IMG/VR virus record: IMGVR_UViG_3300023174_003433
Location: 1 to 64,000 of that record
DNA: 64,000 nt
From: a virus
Strand: one strand, 5' to 3'
Every line of letters starts with the position of its first letter. The first letter of the stretch is position 1. Of the stretch, positions 55,001 to 64,000 are shown piece after piece. A program made the translations under genes and the position numbers. Under the pieces are notes generated by a model, which saw only the letters and a list, made by a program, of their open reading frames with translations, made no database searches and was not told the DNA's origin.

Positions 55001-56574
55001 TCCAGTCTTACGTTTTGACTAACATTCACACCATCACTTATAGACATTCTAGAATTTTGACCTGCATCCACACCTTCTATGATGGTCATACGAGTATTAC
55101 TAAAGTCCAGCCTTACGTTTTGGCTTGCATCGGCACCTTCGATAATGGTCATTCTAGCATTTTGGCTAGTGTCAGTACCTTCAATGATTGTCATGCGAGC
55201 ATTTTGGCCTGCATCCACACCATCAATAATATTCATACGGGTATTACTAAAGTCCAGCCTTACGTTTTGGCTGGCATCTGTACCTTCAACAATGGTCATT
55301 CTAGCATTTTGGCCAACATCTACGCCTTGAATAATAGTAATGGCTGTGTTACTGAAATCTAGCCTTACGTTTTGGCTGGCATTTACACCATCAATTACAG
55401 TCATTCTAGTATTCTGGCCAACATCAACACCTTCGATGATGGTCATACGAGTATTACTAAAATCTAACCTTACGTTTTGGCTGGCATTAACGCCATCACT
55501 TATGTCCATGCGGGTATTACTGAAATTTAACCGAACATTCTGGCTCAAATCAGTACCTTCAATCACCGCCATTCTAGTATTGCTGAAATCCAATCTAGAA
55601 TTTACATCTAAACCACCAACTCTTGCTGTTGTAGCAATTAGATTGCCTTTGAACCAATTGCCGTGTATGTTTGCCTTGGCAAACGATGCATCATTAATGT
55701 TGACCGTATTACCTGTTACTCCTGGTGTGTAACCTTGAAATGCATAGAACTCTTTCGTTCCCGCATCACGAATCATACCAGCTTGAGCATTTGTTCCATC
55801 GTTGTAATGGCCAACATAACCGATAGTTAGTACATCTGTATTATAATTTCCTATTCCCAACTGAATTAAAGTATCCTTTACTTCAAGCGAGGTCACATTA
55901 AGTGATATTGTATTACCGAGAACAATTAAATTACCTGATACAGAAACATCATTGAGAAATGCAACGTTACCAGAAACAGTTTGAAGGCTTGCTCCAGACA
56001 AACTTAGTTTGTTCGCTATGTCGGTGTTTTGAGTTACATTCACACCTTCAATGATGGTCATACGGGTATTACTAAAATCTAATCTAGAATTCTGGCTTGC
56101 GTTTACGCCATCACTAATGGTCATACGACTATTTTGACCAGCATCTACACCTTCAATGATGGTCATGCGAGTATTGCTGAAATCTAGCCTTACGTTTTGG
56201 CTAACATTAACACCATCACTAATTGCCATGCGAGTGTTACTAAAGTCCAGCCTTACGTTTTGGCTAGTGTTTACACCATCACTAATGGACATTCTAGCAT
56301 TTTGAGAAGCGTCTACACCTATGGTTACGTTAGCTTGATTGTAACTAGCTTGAGCCAATACTGTTGCCGTATTTGCTTGATTATAAGCTTCTTGAGCTTT
56401 TAGATCAGTAGGAGGATTACTAATAATTTTGATGCCAGTATTAGATCCAATAAACAAAGTATTGGATACAAATGAAAATGCTAATTGTCCATCATCTAGT
56501 GTTAGTGGCGCACTATTAGAGTACGACCGAAGAATCTGTATGGTCGATATATTAGATGTATTTGCAGCTGGCAT
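52084..56574 (-). CDS. long fibre protein with heptad-module stalk
   Basis: N-terminal IQILRS..P..LDDGQLAF anchor; heptad repeats; GSLxVxGGxG modules; C-terminal KSFNIPHP..LRYGSLEGPE. Confidence 0.8.
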   Translation of the reverse strand: MPAANTSNISTIQILRSYSNSAPLTLDDGQLAFSFVSNTLFIGSNTGIKIISNPPTDLKAQEAYNQANTATVLAQASYNQANVTIGVDASQNARMSISDGVNTSQNVRLDFSNTRMAISDGVNVSQNVRLDFSNTRMTIIEGVDAGQNSRMTISDGVNASQNSRLDFSNTRMTIIEGVNVTQNTDIANKLSLSGASLQTVSGNVAFLNDVSVSGNLIVLGNTISLNVTSLEVKDTLIQLGIGNYNTDVLTIGYVGHYNDGTNAQAGMIRDAGTKEFYAFQGYTPGVTGNTVNINDASFAKANIHGNWFKGNLIATTARVGGLDVNSRLDFSNTRMAVIEGTDLSQNVRLNFSNTRMDISDGVNASQNVRLDFSNTRMTIIEGVDVGQNTRMTVIDGVNASQNVRLDFSNTAITIIQGVDVGQNARMTIVEGTDASQNVRLDFSNTRMNIIDGVDAGQNARMTIIEGTDTSQNARMTIIEGADASQNVRLDFSNTRMTIIEGVDAGQNSRMSISDGVNVSQNVRLDFSNAAITIIQGVDVGQNSRMTIIEGTDASQNVRLDFSNTRMNIIDGVDAGQNARMTIIEGVDASQNVRLDFSNTRMNIIDGVDVGQNNRMTIIEGTDTSQNARMAIIEGTNASQNVRLDFSNTAITIIQGVDVTQNTRLTVIEGTDASQNVRLDFSNAAITIIQGVDVGQNSRMTIIEGTDTSQNARIVVSEGVDLSQNVRLDFSNTAITIIQGVDVTQNTRLTVSEGVDLSQNVRLDFSNTRMNIIDGVDAGQNARMTIIEGVDVTQNTNIANRLALTGAASQTVTGNVVFGNDVTVTGNLVVLGNTISLNVTSFEVEDTLIQLGIGNYYTDALTIGYVGHYNDGTNAHAGMIRDALTKEFYAFQGYTPEVSGNVINVNAASFTKANIHGNWFKGNLIATTARVGGLDVNSRLDFSNTRMTIIEGVDLTQNTNIAATDNKMQGAYNVANTADVRSVAAYFHANGAFIKANAAFDQANVTIGVDASQNVRIDYSNTAITIIQGVDVGQNTRMTIIEGVDASQNVRLDYSNTALTIAQGVDNSQNVRLDFSNTAINATDGKMASAYNQANTGTVLAQAAFNRANTEPDSFNYLANTIVVANSAGYLSNSNVFFISSNNTLLVTSNTVSTSNTTGSLVVSGGVGITGNLFMSAANNFFLTTNGAQSYRLGWTDNYFMRSNQFGGAEFTGNFLNINSNFYTTSSYVARGVILNDTGNNTVLFAGSSPVRIQNTAASISNTTGSLIVDGGLGLSGNLSMNLASSAAAINRITLSQANFIYSDSVATGSVAFGGTAYYYFNNSIGVYNQNALIQRGTISKDDGNNTVIFAGISPVKIQNGTGSSNTTTGALVVQGGVGISGALNATTKSFNIPHPTKEGKDLRYGSLEGPEFGVYVRGTLKGSNVIELPDYWTKLVDTDTITVSLTPIGKYQKLSVKEIKDNTIIINNDGWFRKEIYCYYVVYGERADVDKLDVEG
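53340..56325 (-). repeat. coding heptad-module repeats plus a ~140-aa internal duplication
   Basis: SQNVRLD/FSNTRMT/IIEGVDA modules; duplicated domain at ~55590-56010 and ~53750-54180. Confidence 0.85.
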
Positions 56575-56795
56575 TAAAAGAATCCGTTATCTATAATTAA
56601 TCGTGAATTTTCTGCTGGAGCAATAATAAAAGAATTTGTTGAAGCCACATAAGTTACCACATCACGGTCTAGAGCACCAGCCATACTAACATCACTTAAT
56701 GCTTTTAATGTTGTTGCACCATATGATAGTGTTCGAACTGTTTGTTGAGAAGCACCTAGTTGTACATTGACTGTACCTATTGTTTGACCTGGCAT
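56574..56795 (-). CDS. small virion-associated protein
   Basis: LKALSDV...IDNGFF; coupled to the fibre gene. Confidence 0.65.
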   Translation of the reverse strand: MPGQTIGTVNVQLGASQQTVRTLSYGATTLKALSDVSMAGALDRDVVTYVASTNSFIIAPAENSRLIIDNGFF

Positions 56796-56798
56796 GTT

Positions 56799-57137
56799 TT
56801 ACCTCGTAACTCGTGGAGAAACATCAACAATGCCTTCTAAAACTCTTGTTACTGTATTGGCACCGGCATTGGTGATTATTGTGTCGTAAACATATCTTCC
56901 TGGAGAAATGTTAGCGGTTTGAGCAGAAGTCAAAGCAAGCTCAATGACCCCTGTGGCGGGGTATACTGTTGTTGAAAATGTTGCTGTAGCGTTTGAGGAA
57001 TAGTAGGATTTACGCATTTGACCACTGGCCGTACAACCAGTTAAATCGTATACGTTACCATATACATCGTCTAATGTAATAGTGGTATTAAATGTGGTAC
57101 CTTGTTCTAACAGTAGATTTGAGTAAGCAGCTGGCAT
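56799..57137 (-). CDS. baseplate/fibre adaptor-like protein
   Basis: EQGTTF, DLTG..A.GQMRKSY, GRYVYD, RVLEGIVDVSP. Confidence 0.7.
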   Translation of the reverse strand: MPAAYSNLLLEQGTTFNTTITLDDVYGNVYDLTGCTASGQMRKSYYSSNATATFSTTVYPATGVIELALTSAQTANISPGRYVYDTIITNAGANTVTRVLEGIVDVSPRVTR

Positions 57138-57169
57138 TTTATATTCCTGATATCATTAATCCTATTGGA

Positions 57170-57177
57170 TATTTATG
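57170..57177 (-). promoter_or_regulatory. late promoter variant CATAAATA
   Basis: upstream of ORF 56799..57137. Confidence 0.6.
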
Positions 57178-57271
57178 TCAACACCAACTTAAGCTCAAAA
57201 GTAAATTCGCTTTTTGGAATCTAGGATTTCGTCTCCGGAAATTCTAGGCCGGAATGAAAATTTTCGAATTT

Positions 57272-58528
57272 TTAATTATTCAGTTCGTTGTCAAGGGGTT
57301 TACGAATTGAATCTAATTCTTTTTTGAGTTCTTTGATGGCCTCGACTAAAAGTGGTATAACTCGTTCATAATGAATAGTGAGATATTTCTCATCAATCGG
57401 TGCTGGAACAACCACTTCAGGTAATACTGCCTGTACTTCTTGTGCCGATAGGCCAATTTCTGGTTTAACTGTATATCCTAGAGCTTGTGCGGTTTCATTG
57501 GCTTCATATTGAAAACCATTTAATGTCATTACCTTGGCCAACGCATTTTCTATATTACCCAAACGTTTCTTCAATCTATCATCCGAATAATAAGCAGTAA
57601 TATTGTTGGTGGCACGAAGTTCGCCTGTTGTACCAGAACCTGCAGTTCCTACACCAACCGATCTAAATTGAACATCATTACCCGTACTCACAGATTGGTT
57701 AATTGTGTAACTAGAGAGATTTGCTGAAGAACCGGCGATATCACCAGTTATCTTAGAACCCGCTAAAGATGTAATCCATGAAGGATTAGCATATGAACCA
57801 TTATTAACCACTCCATTAACTACTGCCATATTAAACGTATTACCTGAATTTAAAGCAGACTTAACAAATTGTGTTGTGGCCACAGTATTAGTGTTTGCAT
57901 TTAAATCTCCAGTAACCGCTGTTGAACCAGCGGATAATGTCGCAACACCACTATATGCACCAGCAATTGAACTTGTAGAAATTGCATTATTACATGTAAT
58001 ATTATTAAAAATGCCTGTTGTACTAGCGTTAATAAGTGGAGCAAATATTGCAGTATTTGAAGTTAAAGAATCTGCCACTACAAATCCAAGTGCATTTAAA
58101 TTTAAAGTTCTTATTAAAGTATTTGCTGTAATTCCGTTAACAAAGGCACCACCACTGGCATTTACTGTTGTGGTTCTTACTAAAGTGTTTGATGTGATTG
58201 AATCAGTAATTAATGTTTTTGCAATAACAGCATTATTAGCAACTTGCAAAGCAAAATCGGAACCAGTAATTGCTACGTTAGATGTAGCAACTAAATCTCC
58301 CAATAAAGAGGTGTTTCCAGAAACAATTGCTCTTCCTAAACTAACAGTATTGGCTACTGACAAAGCAACACCAACTCCATTTAAAAATAAAGTTCCAGTA
58401 TCTTTAGTGAAATTGTTAGAAGATGTTCCTCCAGCAAGATTATTTAACTCGACTGCAGCTTTATTTTGCTGAGCAACTAAGTCACCAAATGTGTTATTAA
58501 AACTTAAAATGTTTACTGTATTTGCCAT
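57272..58528 (-). CDS. tail fibre protein with C-terminal intramolecular chaperone (peptidase S74)
   Basis: YYSDDRLK cleavage motif, GLSAQEVQAVLPEVV, LLVEAIKEL. Confidence 0.88.
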   Translation of the reverse strand: MANTVNILSFNNTFGDLVAQQNKAAVELNNLAGGTSSNNFTKDTGTLFLNGVGVALSVANTVSLGRAIVSGNTSLLGDLVATSNVAITGSDFALQVANNAVIAKTLITDSITSNTLVRTTTVNASGGAFVNGITANTLIRTLNLNALGFVVADSLTSNTAIFAPLINASTTGIFNNITCNNAISTSSIAGAYSGVATLSAGSTAVTGDLNANTNTVATTQFVKSALNSGNTFNMAVVNGVVNNGSYANPSWITSLAGSKITGDIAGSSANLSSYTINQSVSTGNDVQFRSVGVGTAGSGTTGELRATNNITAYYSDDRLKKRLGNIENALAKVMTLNGFQYEANETAQALGYTVKPEIGLSAQEVQAVLPEVVVPAPIDEKYLTIHYERVIPLLVEAIKELKKELDSIRKPLDNELNN

Positions 58529-58530
58529 TA

Positions 58531-58752
58531 TTAGTTCCTAGTGAACAATTGTTGTAAAAGATGTTTAATTTCTTTTACATCATTTTTTACGTCATTAATT
58601 TCAGATTTTAGAGTATTTATTTCGGACTTCTGATTGTTTATTAACTTTGATTTAAAAGTATATTCTTCTAAACCTACAGAATCAGTATTAATCAGAGCCA
58701 TAGTGTTAGTATCTCTAACAAATGTGGTTCCTGGTATTTTAACTAATGGCAT
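58531..58752 (-). CDS. small coiled-coil protein
   Basis: VRDTNTMALIN...EINDVKNDVKEIKHLL. Confidence 0.7.
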   Translation of the reverse strand: MPLVKIPGTTFVRDTNTMALINTDSVGLEEYTFKSKLINNQKSEINTLKSEINDVKNDVKEIKHLLQQLFTRN

Positions 58753-58755
58753 TTT

Positions 58756-61700
58756 TTATCCTATTGCTGGTAGAGCGATTGCACGAATATCAGTTAAGAA
58801 CGGAACAGCAGTTTTATCTGATGTTGCAAGAACTACTTTAATTGCAAACTGACTAAATCTATTATATGTTTGTCCGTTAACTGTACTGGCGTAAGAAACA
58901 TAATTCTGAGCAGTTCCTCCAGAACCAGGAGCAGCAACATACTCGTACAAATTGTTTCTGTTTTCAGAAAACTTAGAATCGCCACTATTAATTAAAGTCA
59001 TTAACTGCCAGTTACCATCATCAAATAATTGTGTATCGGTTCTTGAAAGAATCTTGTAGTAAACATAGATATTTGTATTAACTGGACGATATGCGGTAAA
59101 GTATACACGTAAATCGCCAGAATCAAATCCTTGGTCCAATACAACTTTTTTGGTAATATATTTGGCAAGACCATTACCACCAGATTTAGAAGTTTCACCG
59201 GCAATCGTAATGATAGCATTTGCATTTCCTGTCAACCGAGTGTTTCCTGTTGATTCAGAAAGTGTAATTGTTGGTGTTGTTGCATAACCAGAACCACCAG
59301 AGGTAATGAAAATACTAGTAATATTACCTTGTGCTGAAACATTAGCTACAGCTACTGCACCCGAACCAAAACCATTTGCAGCAGTAACGGTAACCAATAG
59401 TGTATTGGCGTTATAACCACCACCAGTATTGGCAACAGAAATCATTGAATTAGAGATTCCAAGATTATTAATATTCCAACGAATTGTATACACACTTAAA
59501 CCATCATCAGAAATCATTGGTGACACGGCATCATCTGCGGTACTCATTACTGCATACAATGAGAACGATGTATTAGAATCGGCAACAAGTACACGTTCAC
59601 CATATCCATCATTTAAATAAATGTCATCATACGTTGGTGTACCAAATTTACCTGGAGTTATTCCGGTTGTTGCTGCAGCTGTAAATGAACTATTCAATGT
59701 AGCACTATAAGTGTAATTTAATGTTGTATCGCCGGGCAAGAAATCAGTTGTTGAGATATTCAATGCGTGAATTGGAACATTTGTATTTGCCGAAGTAACA
59801 ATCTTATTAGATGTTGTATTAGGATTCAAATAATAGTTAATATCATCTTCAACAACTTTTCTGTATGGTAATCTATTAGGTACAACAAACTGTAATGTTG
59901 GAGTTACTGTTTTAGAGAATACGCAACGATTCATTACAAACATCATTGCTTCATTTTGGTCAGCAGTCCATGTTTGTAGATTTTGAGAAACAAACAGAGA
60001 ACCAACATATGGTGCTGAATTAATCTTAGTTACTGTAGTTGGTGTTGTGTCTGTTGGCAAATTCTTAGTAGAAGATGCAATTGCAGTATCACCAAGTTGA
60101 GCAGTATAGATTGAATACTCATTTGATGTTGGGCAACGAACAATAAATGCATACAACTTGTTGGATTCCAAATATACAGGAGCAGGGAACTTAAACAATG
60201 TGTATGTTGTAGGATCCAAATAATGTGGTTCTGCTGTAGGTTCATTAATATGTTCAGAAGTCAAAGTTACTTGTGAATTATCTAAAGTTTCACCATTTGG
60301 ATAACCATTAGTAGTGCCAACAATTGACAATGTTACTGGTGCAAAACCTGTTGTTGGCTTAGTTGCAAAAAACAATTTAACAGAATCAATGAATACACCG
60401 TTAGGATAATTTTCTTTATCAACAATAAACGTTTGTGCAACAGGATCCCAAACTACAGTATATGTGTATGAGCTTGTATTTTCTCTTGTTGCTGTGCTAA
60501 CAAATGTATTCTTTGCAGCATCAATAGAAGAAGCATAATTTAGACCTTGTTTTGTTGCTTGTAATCCTGAAGCAAAGAATGTTGCCTTAGAATATGTTGT
60601 TGCACTATCTAAATTGTTATTGATACTATTATCAATTCTAAATGTTCTTTCACCTGTATTAAATGTGCCACCAGGTATAGAGAACACACCAGAAACCATA
60701 CCAACTTCATTGGTCTTTAATGAACCAATAGAGTAAATATCACCATTGGCTGCTGTGATAGAACTACCTAATGTGGCCAACTTAGTGGTGCCATTGTATG
60801 AGGTGATATTGGCAGATTGACCAACACCTGTTCCGTTAATTACATACAATGTATTGCCAGCATAGAAGTTGGTTGTATTTGAAGCAAGAGGTGATAATGT
60901 AAGTGTAGTAGTTGTATTGGCATTGGTAATTAAACCACCCAAATGAGTATAGGTACTAATTACACCACTTGCCGTTGTTGTTTGATATTGACCAGATGTG
61001 TTAAACTGTGCATTACGGACTGAAGCTCCAGTATTAAAATTCGCATTAACAATATCACCAATTACATATAAACGTACATTGGTTGTTCCTGAATAGCTGT
61101 AATATGAGAGAACTTTTGCAATTGGTGTAAAATTACCACCAGCAAAATAACCAATGATATCACCATCTTGGAATTCACCAGAAACATTAGTTAATTCTAA
61201 TACGTTTGGTTTACGAATATACTTATTAACTTGTACGTTGTCAAAATAAGCATTAACAGAAGTGTTAATTAACATGCCATACGAATTAAAGAATACAAAT
61301 TGTTGACGAATGTAAGGAAGAATACTAACGTCTTGTACATATCCAGAAGTTTCAACATAACTAGAATTTAACTTGTCATAGTTACCTAAAATAGTTTGTT
61401 GTTGTTCTTGGATATAATTTGTCACCCGATTGGTGAACCAGTTTCTACCAGAACCAATTGTAGCAACCGTTGTTGTTGCAACAGTAGTTTTCCAATCACC
61501 CACTTGTAACACATTAACTTGGTCGCTTGCACGATATACTTGTAAGTTAGGATCAACAATTAATAAATCAGGAGATTTTTGTGTATCTACCCAATTGTCC
61601 ATTGGAGGACTTAAAGTTGTTATACCTTCTTTGAGAGCCACAGCAAAAGGATTTAAATTGACTGTGCGGGAGGCAATTGGCTGTGTAACAACATTCGATG

Positions 61701-64000
61701 TTGTGTATGGTAATGTATAGAAATTAGAAGAACCAGATTTAGAAATCTTGTAGTTCAAATTGTTTGCACTTGTTGAATCTATCTGACCCATGTTATATAC
61801 AAGTGATAACGACTGTAACGGGAAATTAGAAACATTCTGTGATGCTGTCATCTGTTTTGTTCTACGATTGACAGTAATCAAATAATCATTATTATTTGTA
61901 TCTGATGTTGAGTAACCAGAGAAGTCATCAACTAAAATACCATTTTTGAAACGATTTAAACCATTAGTATCAGGAATCTGTAATGCGGCTGCATTTTTCT
62001 CTAAGAGATTTAATGCTGTATAGTATTCAAGATTGTTTACTCGGCTTTCTAAACCAGTAATATCACTCATTAACCAACGTTTATGTTTCACTTTCTCAAC
62101 AGAAAGATTTGGTAAAATACCAGTAGTTACTTCACTTGGAATATAAGCTGTGTATGGATCGTGGAATAGATTTGCAACAACCAATGCACCATCTGGTTCT
62201 GCCGGCAGTAAAGGATTATCAGAAGGTGTTCCTTGAATGATTTCAAATGCACGGTCTTTACTTAATACTAATTTGTCGTAACGTCCCAAATAATTGGAAT
62301 AATCAGAAACAAATGTACTTAAATCGACAGGCATATAGGCACCAGCAGCACCAGAGCCAGAACCACTAGTTCTAATTGTAAAGTTTGCTTGAGCATTAAT
62401 AAGTGCTGGTCTAAAATCTAAAGCATCTCGTAGTTGATATGTTGTGCCTGAAGTACTTGTGTAACTTGGTATCTCTGCATAATTTTCTGGTAAAGAAGAA
62501 ACTGGAGACAAATATGAACCAACAGAATAATAACCATCACCACCAGTTGTTTCATAATAATCTAACAACACCAACATATTACCTTGTATTGGTGTTTGAC
62601 CAATTTTTAAAGTAAGTGTTGCAAAATCATAATATGAATCTCTTTGGCCGTTATCAAACAAGAAACGGTTTGTAACATCAAAAGAAGGATTCGTCAACAT
62701 TGCATCTGTGGGCACAGTTGCCGGCGCACCAGTATCAATAATTTTACGAATTCGTTTTACATCAGTAATATATAATTTTTGTGGCTGTCCCGCAGAAACT
62801 AAACCAGAATTTTGTACATATACTTGTCCATTTGTTAAATCAACTTTGGTAAAAGTTGCAACAGTTGTACCGGTATAATTTACGTTTGCTGTATTTGCCG
62901 TTTTGAGATTTTTGGCTTTTAACACATAACTGGTATCATTACCATTTCGTACATATGCTTTGGCAATAATGGTGGCCGTAAACGCACCTAGGTCGCTTGT
63001 TGGAGTTGTGAAGGTCGCAGTTGATCCGCTACCTGAAATCGTTACGGTGCGACTTCCTGTCGTCCAAGGCAGGCATTGGCCGGCTCTCAGACCACTGGAT
63101 TGTGGATTGGTAACGATAATTTGAAAGTTTTGAGTAACCGAATCTGCTGAAAGTGCTCCGTTACCAAATGGGAAAGATAAAGTGGCAACTGGTGCGGCAC
63201 CAAATGTTAAAGCGGCAGAAATATTAGCACCAGAAACAGTAAATGCCACATTTCTAAACACCTGAACGGTATTATAAGAAGTATCTGTTACGGTGCTTAC
63301 ATAACGATTACCCAAATTGAATAATAATTCAGGATTGTTTTGATTTTGTAATACTGTATCACCAGTGGAAATATTACCAACTTTACTTGAATTATCAATT
63401 GCAGCGTTTGCCGTAATTGTGTATGGTGTTCCTGGAGTATCTACAATGATAGATTCATAATCAGTAACATCAAAACGTAATGTAAATACTGATGTCGTAT
63501 CTGGTGCAACAGTAAATGGCCGGTCAACAAAAGCAACTCTTGTTGCTCCACCTGGAACATAAGATGTAATTGTTCTAAAATCACCAGCAGATGTGCCTCG
63601 GTCAATACTAATTGTTACGTTATAGTAAGCATTGGCATTGGCAGAAAATTGTGCTGTACTTGGTATTGTAATAAATGTATTATTGGCGGAACTGGCTGAT
63701 GCATTTGCTGATAACGCTTGATTCTGTAATCCAAACACATATGCTTTGTAAATATAAGCATCACCATTAGAAGTGTTTGATGTGCTAGAAAATATTAAAT
63801 TGCGAATATAACCTGTACCTGCCAATGTTGAGTTATATGTAGTTACGTTTGCTGTATTAACATTTGCTTTAACTACACTATGAAAATCAACTGCCGGTAA
63901 TGTGGATACATCAAACACACCATTGGCAGAATTAACATAGAAATAATTGCCATAATCAATATATGTTGGATTATTATTTGCAGCTGATGTTGTTCTTGCA
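58756..64000 (-). CDS. very large virion structural protein (DUF4815/VrlC-like), 5'-truncated
   Basis: frame stays open to the window edge; FDNGQRDSYYD, RFKNGILVDDF, DPVAQTF, FAIKVVL. Confidence 0.82.
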   Translation of the reverse strand, partial: ARTTSAANNNPTYIDYGNYFYVNSANGVFDVSTLPAVDFHSVVKANVNTANVTTYNSTLAGTGYIRNLIFSSTSNTSNGDAYIYKAYVFGLQNQALSANASASSANNTFITIPSTAQFSANANAYYNVTISIDRGTSAGDFRTITSYVPGGATRVAFVDRPFTVAPDTTSVFTLRFDVTDYESIIVDTPGTPYTITANAAIDNSSKVGNISTGDTVLQNQNNPELLFNLGNRYVSTVTDTSYNTVQVFRNVAFTVSGANISAALTFGAAPVATLSFPFGNGALSADSVTQNFQIIVTNPQSSGLRAGQCLPWTTGSRTVTISGSGSTATFTTPTSDLGAFTATIIAKAYVRNGNDTSYVLKAKNLKTANTANVNYTGTTVATFTKVDLTNGQVYVQNSGLVSAGQPQKLYITDVKRIRKIIDTGAPATVPTDAMLTNPSFDVTNRFLFDNGQRDSYYDFATLTLKIGQTPIQGNMLVLLDYYETTGGDGYYSVGSYLSPVSSLPENYAEIPSYTSTSGTTYQLRDALDFRPALINAQANFTIRTSGSGSGAAGAYMPVDLSTFVSDYSNYLGRYDKLVLSKDRAFEIIQGTPSDNPLLPAEPDGALVVANLFHDPYTAYIPSEVTTGILPNLSVEKVKHKRWLMSDITGLESRVNNLEYYTALNLLEKNAAALQIPDTNGLNRFKNGILVDDFSGYSTSDTNNNDYLITVNRRTKQMTASQNVSNFPLQSLSLVYNMGQIDSTSANNLNYKISKSGSSNFYTLPYTTSNVVTQPIASRTVNLNPFAVALKEGITTLSPPMDNWVDTQKSPDLLIVDPNLQVYRASDQVNVLQVGDWKTTVATTTVATIGSGRNWFTNRVTNYIQEQQQTILGNYDKLNSSYVETSGYVQDVSILPYIRQQFVFFNSYGMLINTSVNAYFDNVQVNKYIRKPNVLELTNVSGEFQDGDIIGYFAGGNFTPIAKVLSYYSYSGTTNVRLYVIGDIVNANFNTGASVRNAQFNTSGQYQTTTASGVISTYTHLGGLITNANTTTTLTLSPLASNTTNFYAGNTLYVINGTGVGQSANITSYNGTTKLATLGSSITAANGDIYSIGSLKTNEVGMVSGVFSIPGGTFNTGERTFRIDNSINNNLDSATTYSKATFFASGLQATKQGLNYASSIDAAKNTFVSTATRENTSSYTYTVVWDPVAQTFIVDKENYPNGVFIDSVKLFFATKPTTGFAPVTLSIVGTTNGYPNGETLDNSQVTLTSEHINEPTAEPHYLDPTTYTLFKFPAPVYLESNKLYAFIVRCPTSNEYSIYTAQLGDTAIASSTKNLPTDTTPTTVTKINSAPYVGSLFVSQNLQTWTADQNEAMMFVMNRCVFSKTVTPTLQFVVPNRLPYRKVVEDDINYYLNPNTTSNKIVTSANTNVPIHALNISTTDFLPGDTTLNYTYSATLNSSFTAAATTGITPGKFGTPTYDDIYLNDGYGERVLVADSNTSFSLYAVMSTADDAVSPMISDDGLSVYTIRWNINNLGISNSMISVANTGGGYNANTLLVTVTAANGFGSGAVAVANVSAQGNITSIFITSGGSGYATTPTITLSESTGNTRLTGNANAIITIAGETSKSGGNGLAKYITKKVVLDQGFDSGDLRVYFTAYRPVNTNIYVYYKILSRTDTQLFDDGNWQLMTLINSGDSKFSENRNNLYEYVAAPGSGGTAQNYVSYASTVNGQTYNRFSQFAIKVVLATSDKTAVPFLTDIRAIALPAIG

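Noticed and set aside
53272-55732. Long plus-strand ORFs (e.g. 54553..55362)
   Set aside because: Antisense shadows of repetitive minus-strand coding sequence
38084-58528. Diversity-generating retroelement acting on fibre genes
   Set aside because: No reverse transcriptase ORF in the window, and I saw no non-coding template repeat with adenine-specific differences

Overview
This is a 64 kb segment of a T4-like myovirus (uncultured aquatic T4-like type, AT-rich), almost entirely encoded on the minus strand. In coordinate order it contains: the 5' end of gp43; an accessory block (two tRNA-type genes, rubredoxin/rubrerythrin, metallopeptidase, Hsp20); the replication/recombination module (regA, gp62, gp44, gp45, def, gp46, gp47, gp55, uvsW, uvsY) interrupted by nucleotide- and sugar-handling enzymes and a DUF4338/DruA-like gene; the head/tail module (gp3, gp23-gp13) with an HNH homing endonuclease; a late cluster of glycan-tailoring enzymes; and about 26 kb of fibre/adhesin genes. 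The most notable observations are (1) a 1788-aa RCC1 protein whose 35 blades parse exactly as five 7-bladed propellers nested inside one another, with variable, shuffled loops; (2) a late TPR-glycosyltransferase/sulfotransferase/methyltransferase/APS-kinase cluster alongside a visible excess of [A/S/G]-N-[T/S/V] motifs in virion proteins, suggesting virion glycosylation; (3) a 68-nt non-canonical tRNA-Gly with its own promoter, possibly the glycine donor for the stand-alone DruA-like protein; and (4) a probable ATT start for gp14. All calls come from reading motifs and gene order by eye; no database searches were run.
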